From Gammaproteobacteria bacterium (GTDB lineage: Bacteria; Pseudomonadota; Gammaproteobacteria; GCA-002705445; GCA-002716945): a DNA stretch of 64,000 nt. Where the stretch lies: assembly GCA_038142325.1 (NCBI GenBank), contig JAYQJW010000007.1:1-64000 (forward strand), read 5' to 3'. Shown here in pieces: positions 28,844-39,054 of the stretch (position 1 is its first letter; the number at the start of each line of letters is the position of its first letter). The notes beneath the pieces were generated by a model. The model searched no databases. It had not been told where the DNA came from and saw nothing but the letters and a program-made list of their open reading frames with translations. Made by a program: the position numbers and the translations under genes.

Positions 28844-29581
28844 GTGACATTTGTAACTATATTGTATGCAGCGATGTTTTATTTCGCTGCAGCAATATTA
28901 TTTGTAGGTCTTGCATACAGAATATATGAATATGCAACTATACCAGCACCGTTAAAAATCCCAACACCACCGGCTCCAATGACACAAAAAGGAGTTGCAG
29001 TGCGAATATTTAGAGAAGTTGTATTTTTCGAAAGTTTATTCTCCGCAACGAAGTGGACTTGGCTTTTTAGCTGGCTCTTTCATTTAGCACTTCTTCTAGC
29101 CGCGTTCAGACATCTGAAGTATTTCACAGATCCTGTCTGGTTTTGGGTATCATTTGAATTAGTTCAAGTTGCCGGTCATTATGCTGCTTATTTGATGTTA
29201 TTTGGTTTATTAGGATTATTTGCAAGACGAGTTTTTGTAGATAGGGTTAGATACATATCATCACCTTCTGATTATTTGATTCTAGTTTTAATTATTTCCA
29301 TCGCAGGTTCCGGACTAATGATGAAATGGTTTCCCTCAGATATTTTGGCTATAAAATTATTTTTTGTTGGGTTACTAACATTTAATTTTTCAGAACTACC
29401 TGCAGATACTATGCTGCTGATTCATCTATCATTAGTTATTGCATTAATGATAATTTTTCCATACAGTAAATTGTTACATGCACCTGGTTTATTTTTTAGC
29501 CCAACTAGAAACCAAGTTGATAATGCAAGAAGCAAAAGACATTTAGCAAATTGGGCAAAGCGAATGGAGTCGAATAAATAG
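28844..29581 (+). CDS. dsrM: DsrM membrane b-type cytochrome
   Basis: NarI-like; PAPLKIPTPPAP, WLFH, RVRYIS and PYSKLLHAPG. Confidence 0.93.
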   Translation: MTFVTILYAAMFYFAAAILFVGLAYRIYEYATIPAPLKIPTPPAPMTQKGVAVRIFREVVFFESLFSATKWTWLFSWLFHLALLLAAFRHLKYFTDPVWFWVSFELVQVAGHYAAYLMLFGLLGLFARRVFVDRVRYISSPSDYLILVLIISIAGSGLMMKWFPSDILAIKLFFVGLLTFNFSELPADTMLLIHLSLVIALMIIFPYSKLLHAPGLFFSPTRNQVDNARSKRHLANWAKRMESNK

Positions 29582-29582
29582 T

Positions 29583-31079
29583 ATGGCTAGTAAATTTCAA
29601 ACACCGGAAGTTAGAAAGTTTCCTGTAATACCTAAACTCAAAGATGATGCAACTGCTCATCTATCACCATTTAAATCAAAAGAAGAATTTCAGTCTAGTC
29701 TTGGCTATCCTGGTGAGCTTGTTGACAACTGGCAAGAAAAAGCCATCGATAAGATGGGAGAATTGCTTGGAAAGTACCGCTCATTAAGAGTTTATCTTGA
29801 TTCTTGTATACAATGCGGAGCTTGTACAGACAAGTGTCATTACTATCAAGGAACCAAAGATCCAAAAAATATGCCTGTAGGTAGACAGAACTTAATGAGA
29901 AGTGTCTACAGACGCTATTTTACTTTACCCGGTAAGTACTTTCCAAAATTAGTAGGTGCTCAAGATTTAACGGAAGAAGTGTTAGATGATTGGTATTCAT
30001 ATTATCATCAATGCTCTCAGTGCAGACGATGCGCTGTGTTTTGTCCAATCGGTATTGATACTGCAGAAGTATCTATGGCTGCCAGAGAGGTCATGGATTC
30101 TATAGGTGTAGGTCAAAAATACTGTAATGAAATAATAGGCAAGGTTCATAAAATTGGAAATAACTTAGGTCTTCCAGAACCTGCACTTGCTGATACATTA
30201 GAGGGTCTTGAAGAGGATGTTTTAGATGATACAGAAGTTGATGTTAAATTTCCTTTAGATGTAAAAGATTCAGAAGTTCTTTTAGTTACACCCTCAGCAG
30301 ATTTTTTTGCTGAGCCACATGTTGACGGATTAATAGGTTATGCGAAAGTATTTCATCAAGCTGGAATAAGCTGGACCTTAAGTTCCCATGCAAGTGAAGC
30401 TGCTAATTTTGGAATGTTCATAGGAAGCTATGACAACATGAAAAAACTTGCAATGCGTATACGTGAAGCTGCATTAGAATTAAATGTTAAAAGAATTGTA
30501 TTTGGTGAATGTGGTCATGCTTGGCGCGTTGCTTATAGTTTCTTAAATACGTTAGCAGGGCCTTTTGATTTCTTAGATCCGAGATATCCTGTTCCACAGC
30601 ATATATGTGAAATTACAAATAGCTTAATTGATCAAAATGTACTGAATTTTGATAAATCTGCCAATGATGATATGACTCTCACCTATCATGATTCATGCAA
30701 TGTTGCTCGTGCATCTAGCATGGGGGGTGTAATGGGCGGACAATTTACAATTCCAAGAAAAATCATACAAACTGTTGCCAATAATTTTTATGACATGGAT
30801 GATGAAACAATTAAAGAAAAGACCTATTGCTGTGGTGGAGGTGGAGGCCTTTTAACTGATGATTTAATGGAACTTCGTGTTAAAGGAGCACTGCCTAGAA
30901 TGGAAGCTCTGAAGCAGTTGATTGAAGAAAAAGGAGTTACACATATGGCAGCAATATGCGCCATCTGTAAGAGTCAATTTAGTAAGGTATTTCAGTATTA
31001 TGATCTAGAATTGGATCAAATAGTGAGCCTGCATCAGCTTGTGAGTAATGCGCTAATTATGAACAAAAAAGAGGTTTAG
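29583..31079 (+). CDS. dsrK: DsrK (HdrD-like Fe-S protein)
   Basis: CIQCGACTDKCH, CSQCRRCAVFCP, GECGH, YHDSC and CCGGGGG. Confidence 0.96.
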   Translation: MASKFQTPEVRKFPVIPKLKDDATAHLSPFKSKEEFQSSLGYPGELVDNWQEKAIDKMGELLGKYRSLRVYLDSCIQCGACTDKCHYYQGTKDPKNMPVGRQNLMRSVYRRYFTLPGKYFPKLVGAQDLTEEVLDDWYSYYHQCSQCRRCAVFCPIGIDTAEVSMAAREVMDSIGVGQKYCNEIIGKVHKIGNNLGLPEPALADTLEGLEEDVLDDTEVDVKFPLDVKDSEVLLVTPSADFFAEPHVDGLIGYAKVFHQAGISWTLSSHASEAANFGMFIGSYDNMKKLAMRIREAALELNVKRIVFGECGHAWRVAYSFLNTLAGPFDFLDPRYPVPQHICEITNSLIDQNVLNFDKSANDDMTLTYHDSCNVARASSMGGVMGGQFTIPRKIIQTVANNFYDMDDETIKEKTYCCGGGGGLLTDDLMELRVKGALPRMEALKQLIEEKGVTHMAAICAICKSQFSKVFQYYDLELDQIVSLHQLVSNALIMNKKEV

Positions 31080-31113
31080 CTCAAAAATTCTTATGCTATA
31101 CTCATTGGATACT

Positions 31114-31133
31114 GTATTAGAAAAGTATAATAA
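31114..31133. promoter_or_regulatory. Operator-like box containing a TATAAT -10, upstream of dsrL
   Basis: GTATTAGAAAAGTATAATAA; 16/20 match to ATATTAGAAAATTCTAATAT. Confidence 0.55.
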
Positions 31134-31156
31134 ACTTATATTAAATGTTGAAATAA

Positions 31157-33130
31157 ATGACAAAAATTGAAAAAACTATAAATTTGATGAAAGAGGAAAA
31201 CACCTACAAAAGGTTTAATGAAGGTGATCATAAATATACTGATTTTTCAGAAGCAATATTTGAACAGGACCATTCACATAAATGTCCTACATATGTTCAT
31301 AAAACTCCTCCTTGTCAAGGAAGTTGTCCATCAGGGGAAGACATAAGAGGTTGGTTGCAAATTGTCCGCGGTATTGAGCAACCTCCAGCAGACATGTCTA
31401 TGTCTGAATATGCTTTTAGAAGATCAACTGCTGCAAACCCATTCCCTTCACAAATGGGAAGAGTCTGCCCAGCACCATGTCAGAGTGGTTGCAACAGAAA
31501 TGAAGTTGATGATTATGTGGGTATTAATGCAGTAGAACAATTTATAGGAGATAAAGCGATTAAGGAAGGATACACCTTTGATGCTGCGCCTGAATTAAAC
31601 AAAGAGAGAGTCGCTATCATAGGTGGTGGACCCGCTGGCTTGTCTGCTGCATATCAATTAAGAAAGATGGGTTATGCATCTACAATTTTTGAAGAAAGAA
31701 AAGAGCTTGGTGGAATGATGCGCTATGGCATACCAGGATATAGAACACCTAGAGATTTATTAGATAAAGAAATTGAGAGAATTATTAATCTCGGAGACAT
31801 CGAGATTGTATTGGGTAAAAGAGTTGGAAAAGACATTGCACTTGATGAAGTAGAGAAATCTCATGATGCTGTTCTTTGGACAATAGGGTGTTGGAATGGT
31901 AAAGCAATACCTGTTGATGGAGGAGATGCAACTAATTGCATTACAGGTGTAGATTTTCTTGAAGCTTTTTGCGACGGCAGACTTAAAGTAGGTTCAAAAA
32001 AAGTAATCTGTGTAGGTGGCGGTGATACATCAATCGACGTTGTATCAGTTGCAAGAAGACTAGGTCATATATCAAAAATGAATGAACAAGATACTCCAGA
32101 GAACATAGTACATGGTTATGTCGCTCAAGACGTATCTGAGTCAGCTGCAAAAGAGGGTGCTGATGTAACACTGACATCATTATTTAAGAAAGAAGAAATG
32201 ACAGCTGCAGAACAAGAAGTAAATGATGCTATGCATGAGGGCGTTAGTATTTTGAATGGTGTTATGCCAGTAAAAATTGAGAAGGATGACAACAACAGGG
32301 CAATAGCTATGATTGTTGCTGATTGCAGCTTTGATGAAAATAACATCCCTACACCGATCGACGGCACAGAAAAAAGAATAGAAGCTGATTTAATAGATGC
32401 AGCCATAGGTCAGGCACCAGATATCGAAGGTATAGATGAGCTTGGAAATGACAAAGGTTTCTTCGAAGTAGATGACTACTACAGACATAAAACAAAAGAA
32501 GGTCATTTTGTAGCGGGCGATATAATTAGACCACATTTACTAACAACAGCAATTGGTCAAGGATCAATTGTTTCTCAAACAATCAAAAGCTATTTTGAAA
32601 ATAAAGATTTTAAAAGACGTCCAAAAGTTGACGTTCATCATTTTAATTTACTTGATAAATTAAGAGAAACAGACTTGGCGCCTGAGCCTTATACAGCTCC
32701 AATTAGTCCTGATTCATATCGTGGTTCAGATACTAGTAAGAATGTTTTACATAATTATGAAGATAGATCTGCCCAAGAAATTATTCCATCTACAGAACTT
32801 TTTCTCGGACACTTCAAACATGAAGAGAGACTCAAAAGAGGTGAGGATGTACCATCTGGCGATGAGGTAATAGATAACTATAAAGATAGAATTATCGGTT
32901 TAACTGAAGAGCAAGCTATTGCTGAAGCATCTAGATGTATGAGTTGTGGCATGTGCTTTGAATGTGATAATTGTGTAATTTACTGTCCTCAAGATGCAGT
33001 GTTTAGAGTTAAAAAAGATGAGTCAACACTTGGTAGATATGTTGATACAGATTATAACAAATGTATTGGTTGCCACATTTGTGCAGATGTCTGTCCAACA
33101 GGTTATATTAAAATGGGGCTTGGCGAGTAA
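31157..33130 (+). CDS. dsrL: DsrL NAD(H):acceptor oxidoreductase (DsrL-1 type)
   Basis: KCPTYVHKTPPCQGSCP, GGGPAG, GGGDTSIDV with SLF rather than YRR, RCMSCGMCFECDNC and CIGCHICADVCP. Confidence 0.96.
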   Translation: MTKIEKTINLMKEENTYKRFNEGDHKYTDFSEAIFEQDHSHKCPTYVHKTPPCQGSCPSGEDIRGWLQIVRGIEQPPADMSMSEYAFRRSTAANPFPSQMGRVCPAPCQSGCNRNEVDDYVGINAVEQFIGDKAIKEGYTFDAAPELNKERVAIIGGGPAGLSAAYQLRKMGYASTIFEERKELGGMMRYGIPGYRTPRDLLDKEIERIINLGDIEIVLGKRVGKDIALDEVEKSHDAVLWTIGCWNGKAIPVDGGDATNCITGVDFLEAFCDGRLKVGSKKVICVGGGDTSIDVVSVARRLGHISKMNEQDTPENIVHGYVAQDVSESAAKEGADVTLTSLFKKEEMTAAEQEVNDAMHEGVSILNGVMPVKIEKDDNNRAIAMIVADCSFDENNIPTPIDGTEKRIEADLIDAAIGQAPDIEGIDELGNDKGFFEVDDYYRHKTKEGHFVAGDIIRPHLLTTAIGQGSIVSQTIKSYFENKDFKRRPKVDVHHFNLLDKLRETDLAPEPYTAPISPDSYRGSDTSKNVLHNYEDRSAQEIIPSTELFLGHFKHEERLKRGEDVPSGDEVIDNYKDRIIGLTEEQAIAEASRCMSCGMCFECDNCVIYCPQDAVFRVKKDESTLGRYVDTDYNKCIGCHICADVCPTGYIKMGLGE

Positions 33131-33159
33131 TATTTCGCTCTCTTATTTAGGGGAAAATA

Positions 33160-33615
33160 TTGAGACATCTTAAGATATCTTCTGTGATATTTATTTTTAT
33201 GATTACTCTACAATCAGGGTATACACATGATGGAAATCCTCACGTAACTGTTGGAAAGTCTAAAGCAGATTCACAGGAAGCCTGTGTAGAACCAACTGAT
33301 ATCATGCGAAAAGAACATAATCTTTTTCTGTTGCATCAACGAGATGAGACTGTCGTAGACGGCATAAGAACTAAAAATCATAGTTTAGCGAATTGTGTTG
33401 ATTGTCACGTTTCTTATGATGAGAAAGGAAAGGCAATTCCAATAAATGCAGAAGGTCAATTTTGTCAGGAATGTCATATGAAGACTGCAACAAATATAAC
33501 TTGTTTCTCATGTCATGCCGCTGAGCCAAGGTTTCCAAAACATTCAGGCAATATAAGTAAAAATAATACAGCCGAAATAAGTAAAATTGCTAAGAGTATT
33601 AAAAATGAAAAATAG
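33160..33615 (+). CDS. dsrJ: DsrJ triheme cytochrome c
   Basis: Signal peptide, CVEPTDIMR.EH and three CxxCH motifs. Confidence 0.93.
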   Translation: MRHLKISSVIFIFMITLQSGYTHDGNPHVTVGKSKADSQEACVEPTDIMRKEHNLFLLHQRDETVVDGIRTKNHSLANCVDCHVSYDEKGKAIPINAEGQFCQECHMKTATNITCFSCHAAEPRFPKHSGNISKNNTAEISKIAKSIKNEK

Positions 33616-34333
33616 AAGAGACTTTCTTGTCAAATCTGCCAGCGCATTAGCTGTCACTTTTATTATTCCGTCTCTATTGACTGAGAAAGCTCATGCCAGA
33701 AAACCATTAGCACAAAAAGTGACTAATAAAAACAGTTGGGGCATTCATATAGATGTAGATAAATGCGTTGACGGATGCACGGCATGCGTTGATGCATGTA
33801 ATGAAGAAAATGGTTTAACCGGTTTTGGACGTCCTGAGACAGATTCCCAATGGATCAGAAAAGTTAAAATCCAAGATAATACAACTAATAAAATCTCCAC
33901 AATGCCTCTAATGTGCCAGCACTGTGAGAATCCACCATGTTGTGATGTATGTCCCACAGGCGCTTCATTTAAAAGAGAAGATGGAATTGTGATGGTTAAT
34001 CAACATACATGTATCGGTTGTAGATATTGTATGATGGCTTGCCCATTTAAAGCTCGTTCTTTTGTACATGAGACACTAACACAACAGAATACAAACGCAC
34101 CTAGAGGAAAAGGTTGTGTTGAAAGTTGTAACTTATGTGTTAACCGCATTGATCACGGTGCCGAGACAACTGCTTGTGAAGATGCATGTACTAAAGCTGG
34201 ACACAATGCTATTACATTTGGTGACTTAAAGGACTCTAGTAGTAAAGTAAGTGTAGTAGTTAGTTCAAATAGCCCAAGAAGGCTTCGAAATGATTTGAAT
34301 CTGCAGCAGAAAGTTTTTTATTCCAACATATGA
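33605..34333 (+). CDS. dsrO: DsrO periplasmic Fe-S protein
   Basis: Tat signal NRRDFL; CQHCENPPCCDVCP and CIGCRYCMMACP. Confidence 0.94.
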   Translation: MKNRRDFLVKSASALAVTFIIPSLLTEKAHARKPLAQKVTNKNSWGIHIDVDKCVDGCTACVDACNEENGLTGFGRPETDSQWIRKVKIQDNTTNKISTMPLMCQHCENPPCCDVCPTGASFKREDGIVMVNQHTCIGCRYCMMACPFKARSFVHETLTQQNTNAPRGKGCVESCNLCVNRIDHGAETTACEDACTKAGHNAITFGDLKDSSSKVSVVVSSNSPRRLRNDLNLQQKVFYSNI

Positions 34334-35505
34334 GCGATTACACATTAGATAAATTAAAAGCTCCTAGGTTTGTCTACTGGGGATTATTTTTATTTCTTGG
34401 TTTTCTTATACTTATTGGTTTGGCATCTTCTGCATACATGGAACATGAGGGCCATTATGTTACAGGTATGAATAATCAAATTGTTTGGGGGCTACCTCAT
34501 ATTTTTTGCCGTGACTCTTATAGTCATCGCCTCAGGTGTACTTAACATCGCATCATTATCATCTGCATTTAATAAAAAATTATATAAACCACTAGCACCA
34601 TTATCTGCTTTGTTTGCAATTGCTTTTCTAATTGCTGGTTTAATAATACTTGTATTGGATCTTGGAAGGCCTGACAGACTGATCGTTGCAATGACCACAT
34701 ATAACTTCAAATCAATATTTGCGTGGAATATTTTTTTATATTCAGGATTTTTTGTAATTTTAGCTATATACATTTGGTCAATGCTAGATTTTAATGTTAC
34801 CAAATACTCCTCTATAGTTGGCAAATTTGCATTTGGATGGAGAATTATTTTAACAACAGGTACAGGTTCCATATTTGGTTTTTTAGTTGCACGTGAGGCA
34901 TATTCAACAGCTGTGCTAGCACCACTATTTATTGTAATGTCACTTCTTTACGGTACAGCAGTATTCTATTTACTATTAAAAGTTATATCTAAATTGCAAT
35001 CAGTTGATATACCACTCGAGATTACTAAAAATATTAGAAAACTCATGATTATTTTTTTATTGGCTAATATTTATTTCTTGATTTTGTATCATATAACTAA
35101 CTTATATATTTCAAAACAGGTTGCTGTTGAAACATTTATTCTTCTTGATGGAGGAGGTTACACAACTATGTTTTGGCTAGGTCAAGTTGGCTTAGGCCTT
35201 CTAATCCCTCTCTTATATGAAACAACTAATCATGAAGGTAGGGAGTTTCCTTTGTTAATCACCTCATTTATGGTGGTTCTAGGTGGTTTTTTTGCTGTAG
35301 CAGTCATAATTATTGGTGGACAAGCATTTCCATTAAACATCTTTCCTGATCACACTATATTAGAATCAACTTTTTATGATAATCAAATTCACGCTTACAC
35401 ACCTTCATTATTTGAGTTTGGTCTAGGAATAGGTGGGACTTCCTTGCATTAATAATAATACTTATATTAATAACTAACCTAAAATTTATTCCTATAAAAA
35501 AATAG
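34330..35505 (+). CDS. dsrP: DsrP (NrfD/PsrC family); frameshifts near 34505 and 35442
   Basis: GHYVTGMNNQIVWGLPH, DLGRPDRL, TTGTGSIFG and IIIGGQAFP. Confidence 0.9.
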
Positions 35506-35516
35506 AATAAATCTCC

Positions 35517-36869
35517 ATGTTAAAGCCTCTGCTAATATCATCGACTAAAAAGTCATCTGGAAAAACGATTCTGTCAATAGGCTTATCCAAAATTGCTAAT
35601 GATCTAAAATATAATATTCAAACATTTAAAAAAGGACCTGATTTCATTGATCCATCGTGGCTATCATATGCATCATCTAATCCATGCTATAACTTAGATT
35701 TTAATACTATGTCATCGAGTGAAATAGCAAAGATGTATCGTGAAAAGTCCAAAAACTCCAATCTAAATATTATAGAAGGGACAAAAGGATTATATGATGG
35801 TGTGTCAATTACAGGAGATGATAGTAATGAACAGCTAGCATTGTTATTAAAAGCTGAGATTTTATTAATTATTGACTGTGAAGGTATGACCAGAGGTATT
35901 GCACCTTTGTTAAACGGATATAAGTCTTTTAATAGAAAATTAAATATTAATAGAGTTGTTTTAAATAATGTCTCAACAGCAAGACATGAAACAAAACTCC
36001 TATCTGCAATCAAAGAATATACTGATTTTAACGTCATAGGGTGTATACCTAAAATCAAGGACTTTATTGTTGAGCGACATTTAGGACTAATTCCGACTTT
36101 CCAGCATAATCAAAAAAGAAAGGTACTATCTTCAATAGCTACTATCATCAAAAGAAACATAAACTATAAATCTCTTTTACCAAAAATGACTAAGGTAAAA
36201 GAGTTAAGAAATGTTACATCACAAAGAGCGAACAAATCTTCTTTTACAATTGGAGTTGCCGTTGATTCAGCATTCGGATTTTATTACCCTGATGATCTTG
36301 AAAAAATAGAGAAGTACGGATGCAAAATCAAACGTGTTAATTTAATAAAAGACAAACAAATTACTTCGTTAGATGCATTGTTTATTGGAGGAGGTTTTCC
36401 AGAAACACAAGCTAGAGATTTAGAGAAAAATAAAAGCATGAAAAAGTCTATTAAAGATGCAATTGAAAATGGCATGCCAACATATGCTGAATGTGGCGGA
36501 CTAATGTATTTAGCTAAAACTATTAAATTTAAAAACTCTAAAATGAAGATGTGTGGAGTATTCGATATTGATGTTGAAATGCATGATAAGCCTATTGGCA
36601 GAGGATATACAAAGCTTATCACGAATAACCATCCCTGGGGCATGAGCTTAGAAAAAATTAATGCTCATGAATTCCACTATTCATCAGTTAGATTTAATAA
36701 TAAAAGATATAAATATGCATACAATATAAAACGAGGATATGGTATAAACGGTAAGGATGACGGTTTAATCTATAAGAATACAATTGCCTCATTTTCCCAC
36801 TTAAGATCAACTGAGCAATTTGACTGGGTTAAAAACTTTATTAACTTTATAAAAAAAATTAATGGTTAA
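35517..36869 (+). CDS. dsrN: Siroheme amidase DsrN (CbiA/CobB-like)
   Basis: KSSGKT, FKKGPDFIDP, ERHLGL, GGGFPE, AECGGLMYL and AHEFHYS; position in the dsr operon. Confidence 0.92.
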   Translation: MLKPLLISSTKKSSGKTILSIGLSKIANDLKYNIQTFKKGPDFIDPSWLSYASSNPCYNLDFNTMSSSEIAKMYREKSKNSNLNIIEGTKGLYDGVSITGDDSNEQLALLLKAEILLIIDCEGMTRGIAPLLNGYKSFNRKLNINRVVLNNVSTARHETKLLSAIKEYTDFNVIGCIPKIKDFIVERHLGLIPTFQHNQKRKVLSSIATIIKRNINYKSLLPKMTKVKELRNVTSQRANKSSFTIGVAVDSAFGFYYPDDLEKIEKYGCKIKRVNLIKDKQITSLDALFIGGGFPETQARDLEKNKSMKKSIKDAIENGMPTYAECGGLMYLAKTIKFKNSKMKMCGVFDIDVEMHDKPIGRGYTKLITNNHPWGMSLEKINAHEFHYSSVRFNNKRYKYAYNIKRGYGINGKDDGLIYKNTIASFSHLRSTEQFDWVKNFINFIKKING

Positions 36870-37218
36870 ACAAATATTTGAAATTAGCGATGACGCAGCA
36901 AAACAAATTAACGAAGCGTCAAAACTAGCAGACAGCGAGAAATGGCCACTGCGAATATCACTGAATGTTGATTCGAATGGAAAATATAACTATGCTATGG
37001 GATTTGATCAATCTAAGGAAGAGGACCTACAATTAAAGATCAATGGTATTGATATCCTCATAGACCCTAATTCAATGGTCAATCTTAAAAATACTAAATT
37101 AGATTACGTTGCAATAGATGGAGCTGATAAACAGTTTATATTCATCAATCCAAATGATCCAGATTTCAAGGAACCAGACGAATCCTTAGATACTAATACT
37201 ACTCATGATTTTAGTTAA
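36862..37218 (+). CDS. dsrR: DsrR (IscA/HesB-like, no cysteines)
   Basis: YAMGFD...LDYV...FIFINPNDP; last gene of the dsr operon. Confidence 0.85.
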   Translation: MVKQIFEISDDAAKQINEASKLADSEKWPLRISLNVDSNGKYNYAMGFDQSKEEDLQLKINGIDILIDPNSMVNLKNTKLDYVAIDGADKQFIFINPNDPDFKEPDESLDTNTTHDFS

Positions 37219-38164
37219 CCTTTTTTAATTCTTTAGGTATTGAAAAAGTTATATTTTCACTTTTAAAGTCTAATTTTTTATTTGATAATTTCGCCCCTTT
37301 GCTTTCGAGAAATTTAACTAATGATTGAACAGTCTCTTCTGGGGCTGATGCTCCAGCGGTAATGCCGATTACATCACCATTACTGAGCGCACCTAAATCA
37401 AGCTGACTAACTTCATCAATTAAATATGACGGGATACCATATTGTTCTGCAATTTCTTTGAGTCTTTGTGAATTTGAACTATTTTTAGAACCCACAACAA
37501 TTAATGAACTACAATATTTGAGAATCTTTTTAACAGCTTCCTGTCTATTTTGAGTTGCATAGCAAATATCATCTTTTCTTGGTCCAATAATATTTGGAAA
37601 CTTAGTTTTTAAATAATCTATTATATTTTGAGTATCACTTACTGATAGGGTTGTCTGTGTCACATATGCTATCTTCGCTGAATCAATATTTAATCGGTCT
37701 ATATCATCTAATGTCTCAACTAAATGTATTTGCCCATGATCTGATATGTATTGCCCCATAGTGCCTTCTACCTCAGGGTGTCCACTATGACCAATTAATA
37801 CAACATCAATATTTTCAGATGCATATTTATGTATTTCAAAATGTACTTTAGTAACAAGAGGACAAGTTGCATCAAACACTTTTAGGTTTTTTGATTTAGC
37901 CTGATTGCTAACTTCTTTGGAAACACCATGTGCACTATAAATAAGAATAGATCCATTAGGAACATCGTCAAGAGATTCTATAAATATTACTCCCTTATCT
38001 ACTAGGTCTTTAATAACATGCTTGTTATGTACTACTTCATGTTTGACATAAACAGTTTGATCAAATATTTCTACTGCACGATTTACTATATCAATAGCTC
38101 TGTCAACACCTGCACAGAATCCTCTTGGCTCGGTTAATAAAAGTTCTACATCTTTAAGTGGCAT
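37211..38164 (-). CDS. ispH: 4-hydroxy-3-methylbut-2-enyl diphosphate reductase
   Basis: PRGFCAGVDRA, DATCPLVTKVH, ICYATQNRQ and TAGASAPE. Confidence 0.96.
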   Translation of the reverse strand: MPLKDVELLLTEPRGFCAGVDRAIDIVNRAVEIFDQTVYVKHEVVHNKHVIKDLVDKGVIFIESLDDVPNGSILIYSAHGVSKEVSNQAKSKNLKVFDATCPLVTKVHFEIHKYASENIDVVLIGHSGHPEVEGTMGQYISDHGQIHLVETLDDIDRLNIDSAKIAYVTQTTLSVSDTQNIIDYLKTKFPNIIGPRKDDICYATQNRQEAVKKILKYCSSLIVVGSKNSSNSQRLKEIAEQYGIPSYLIDEVSQLDLGALSNGDVIGITAGASAPEETVQSLVKFLESKGAKLSNKKLDFKSENITFSIPKELKKVN

Positions 38165-38585
38165 TTTTTATATCTAAAATATCTACTTCAAAAACAATAT
38201 CTTTATTACATAAGGGGTGATTAAGATCTACCAAAATACTTTTATCCTTTCTTTCAATTATCGTTATGTAATAAGATTCATTATTCTCTACAGTTTCTAT
38301 AATATCACCAGTCTTTATATCTTTATAATTTTTAAAAGCACTTAATGGCATACTTTTAATTTTTTTTTGATCATAATCACCAAAGATATTTCTTGATGAG
38401 AACGAGAAACATTTCTTGTCTCCTACTTTTAAGCCGTAAAGAGCACTCTCTAGAATTTGAGGAAGATTGCATTCACCTATGCTTATCTTTATAGGATCAT
38501 TATTAAAAGTGCTCTCAAATAATACCCCTTCAGCCTTAAGAGAGTAATGTAAAGACACCTCACTTTTGTATTTGATTGTATTCAT
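38154..38585 (-). CDS. fkpB: FKBP-type peptidyl-prolyl isomerase (SlpA/FkpB)
   Basis: VSLHYSL, ALYGLKVGD and VDLNHPL; lspA-ispH synteny. Confidence 0.8.
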   Translation of the reverse strand: MNTIKYKSEVSLHYSLKAEGVLFESTFNNDPIKISIGECNLPQILESALYGLKVGDKKCFSFSSRNIFGDYDQKKIKSMPLSAFKNYKDIKTGDIIETVENNESYYITIIERKDKSILVDLNHPLCNKDIVFEVDILDIKNAT

Positions 38586-39054
38586 GACTGTAAAAAAATA
38601 AGTAAATTACTACAAGTAGTGCACCTATACTGATTGATAGATCTGCAATGTTGAATATTGCAGGGAAGTATAAATCTTCATAATAAAGAATTATAAAATC
38701 TGTAACTGAGCCATTATCATATCGATCAAATAGATTAGAAATGCCGCCACCAAGTATTAGTGACAACCCAGTAATATATATATTAGATAACTTGATATTT
38801 TTATATAGTTCATAAAATATAAACAATATGATCAAAATTATTAATGCATTAAGGACTAAGTAGCCTTTTTCGCTAAGATTATCAAATATGCTAAATGCAA
38901 TCCCATAGTTTTCAATCATATGTATTTTGATGAATGAGTTTAGTATAAAGCTTTGACCTATATTTAAAATCATTTGCTTTGTATAGATATCACATAATAC
39001 AACAAGGAAAACTATTAAAATGGAAAACAATACTTTCAGGCGTATGTTCTGCAT
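38560..39054 (-). CDS. lspA: Lipoprotein signal peptidase
   Basis: NYGIAFS, GGISNLFDR, VTDFI and FNIADLSI. Confidence 0.92.
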   Translation of the reverse strand: MQNIRLKVLFSILIVFLVVLCDIYTKQMILNIGQSFILNSFIKIHMIENYGIAFSIFDNLSEKGYLVLNALIILIILFIFYELYKNIKLSNIYITGLSLILGGGISNLFDRYDNGSVTDFIILYYEDLYFPAIFNIADLSISIGALLVVIYLFFYSHEYNQIQK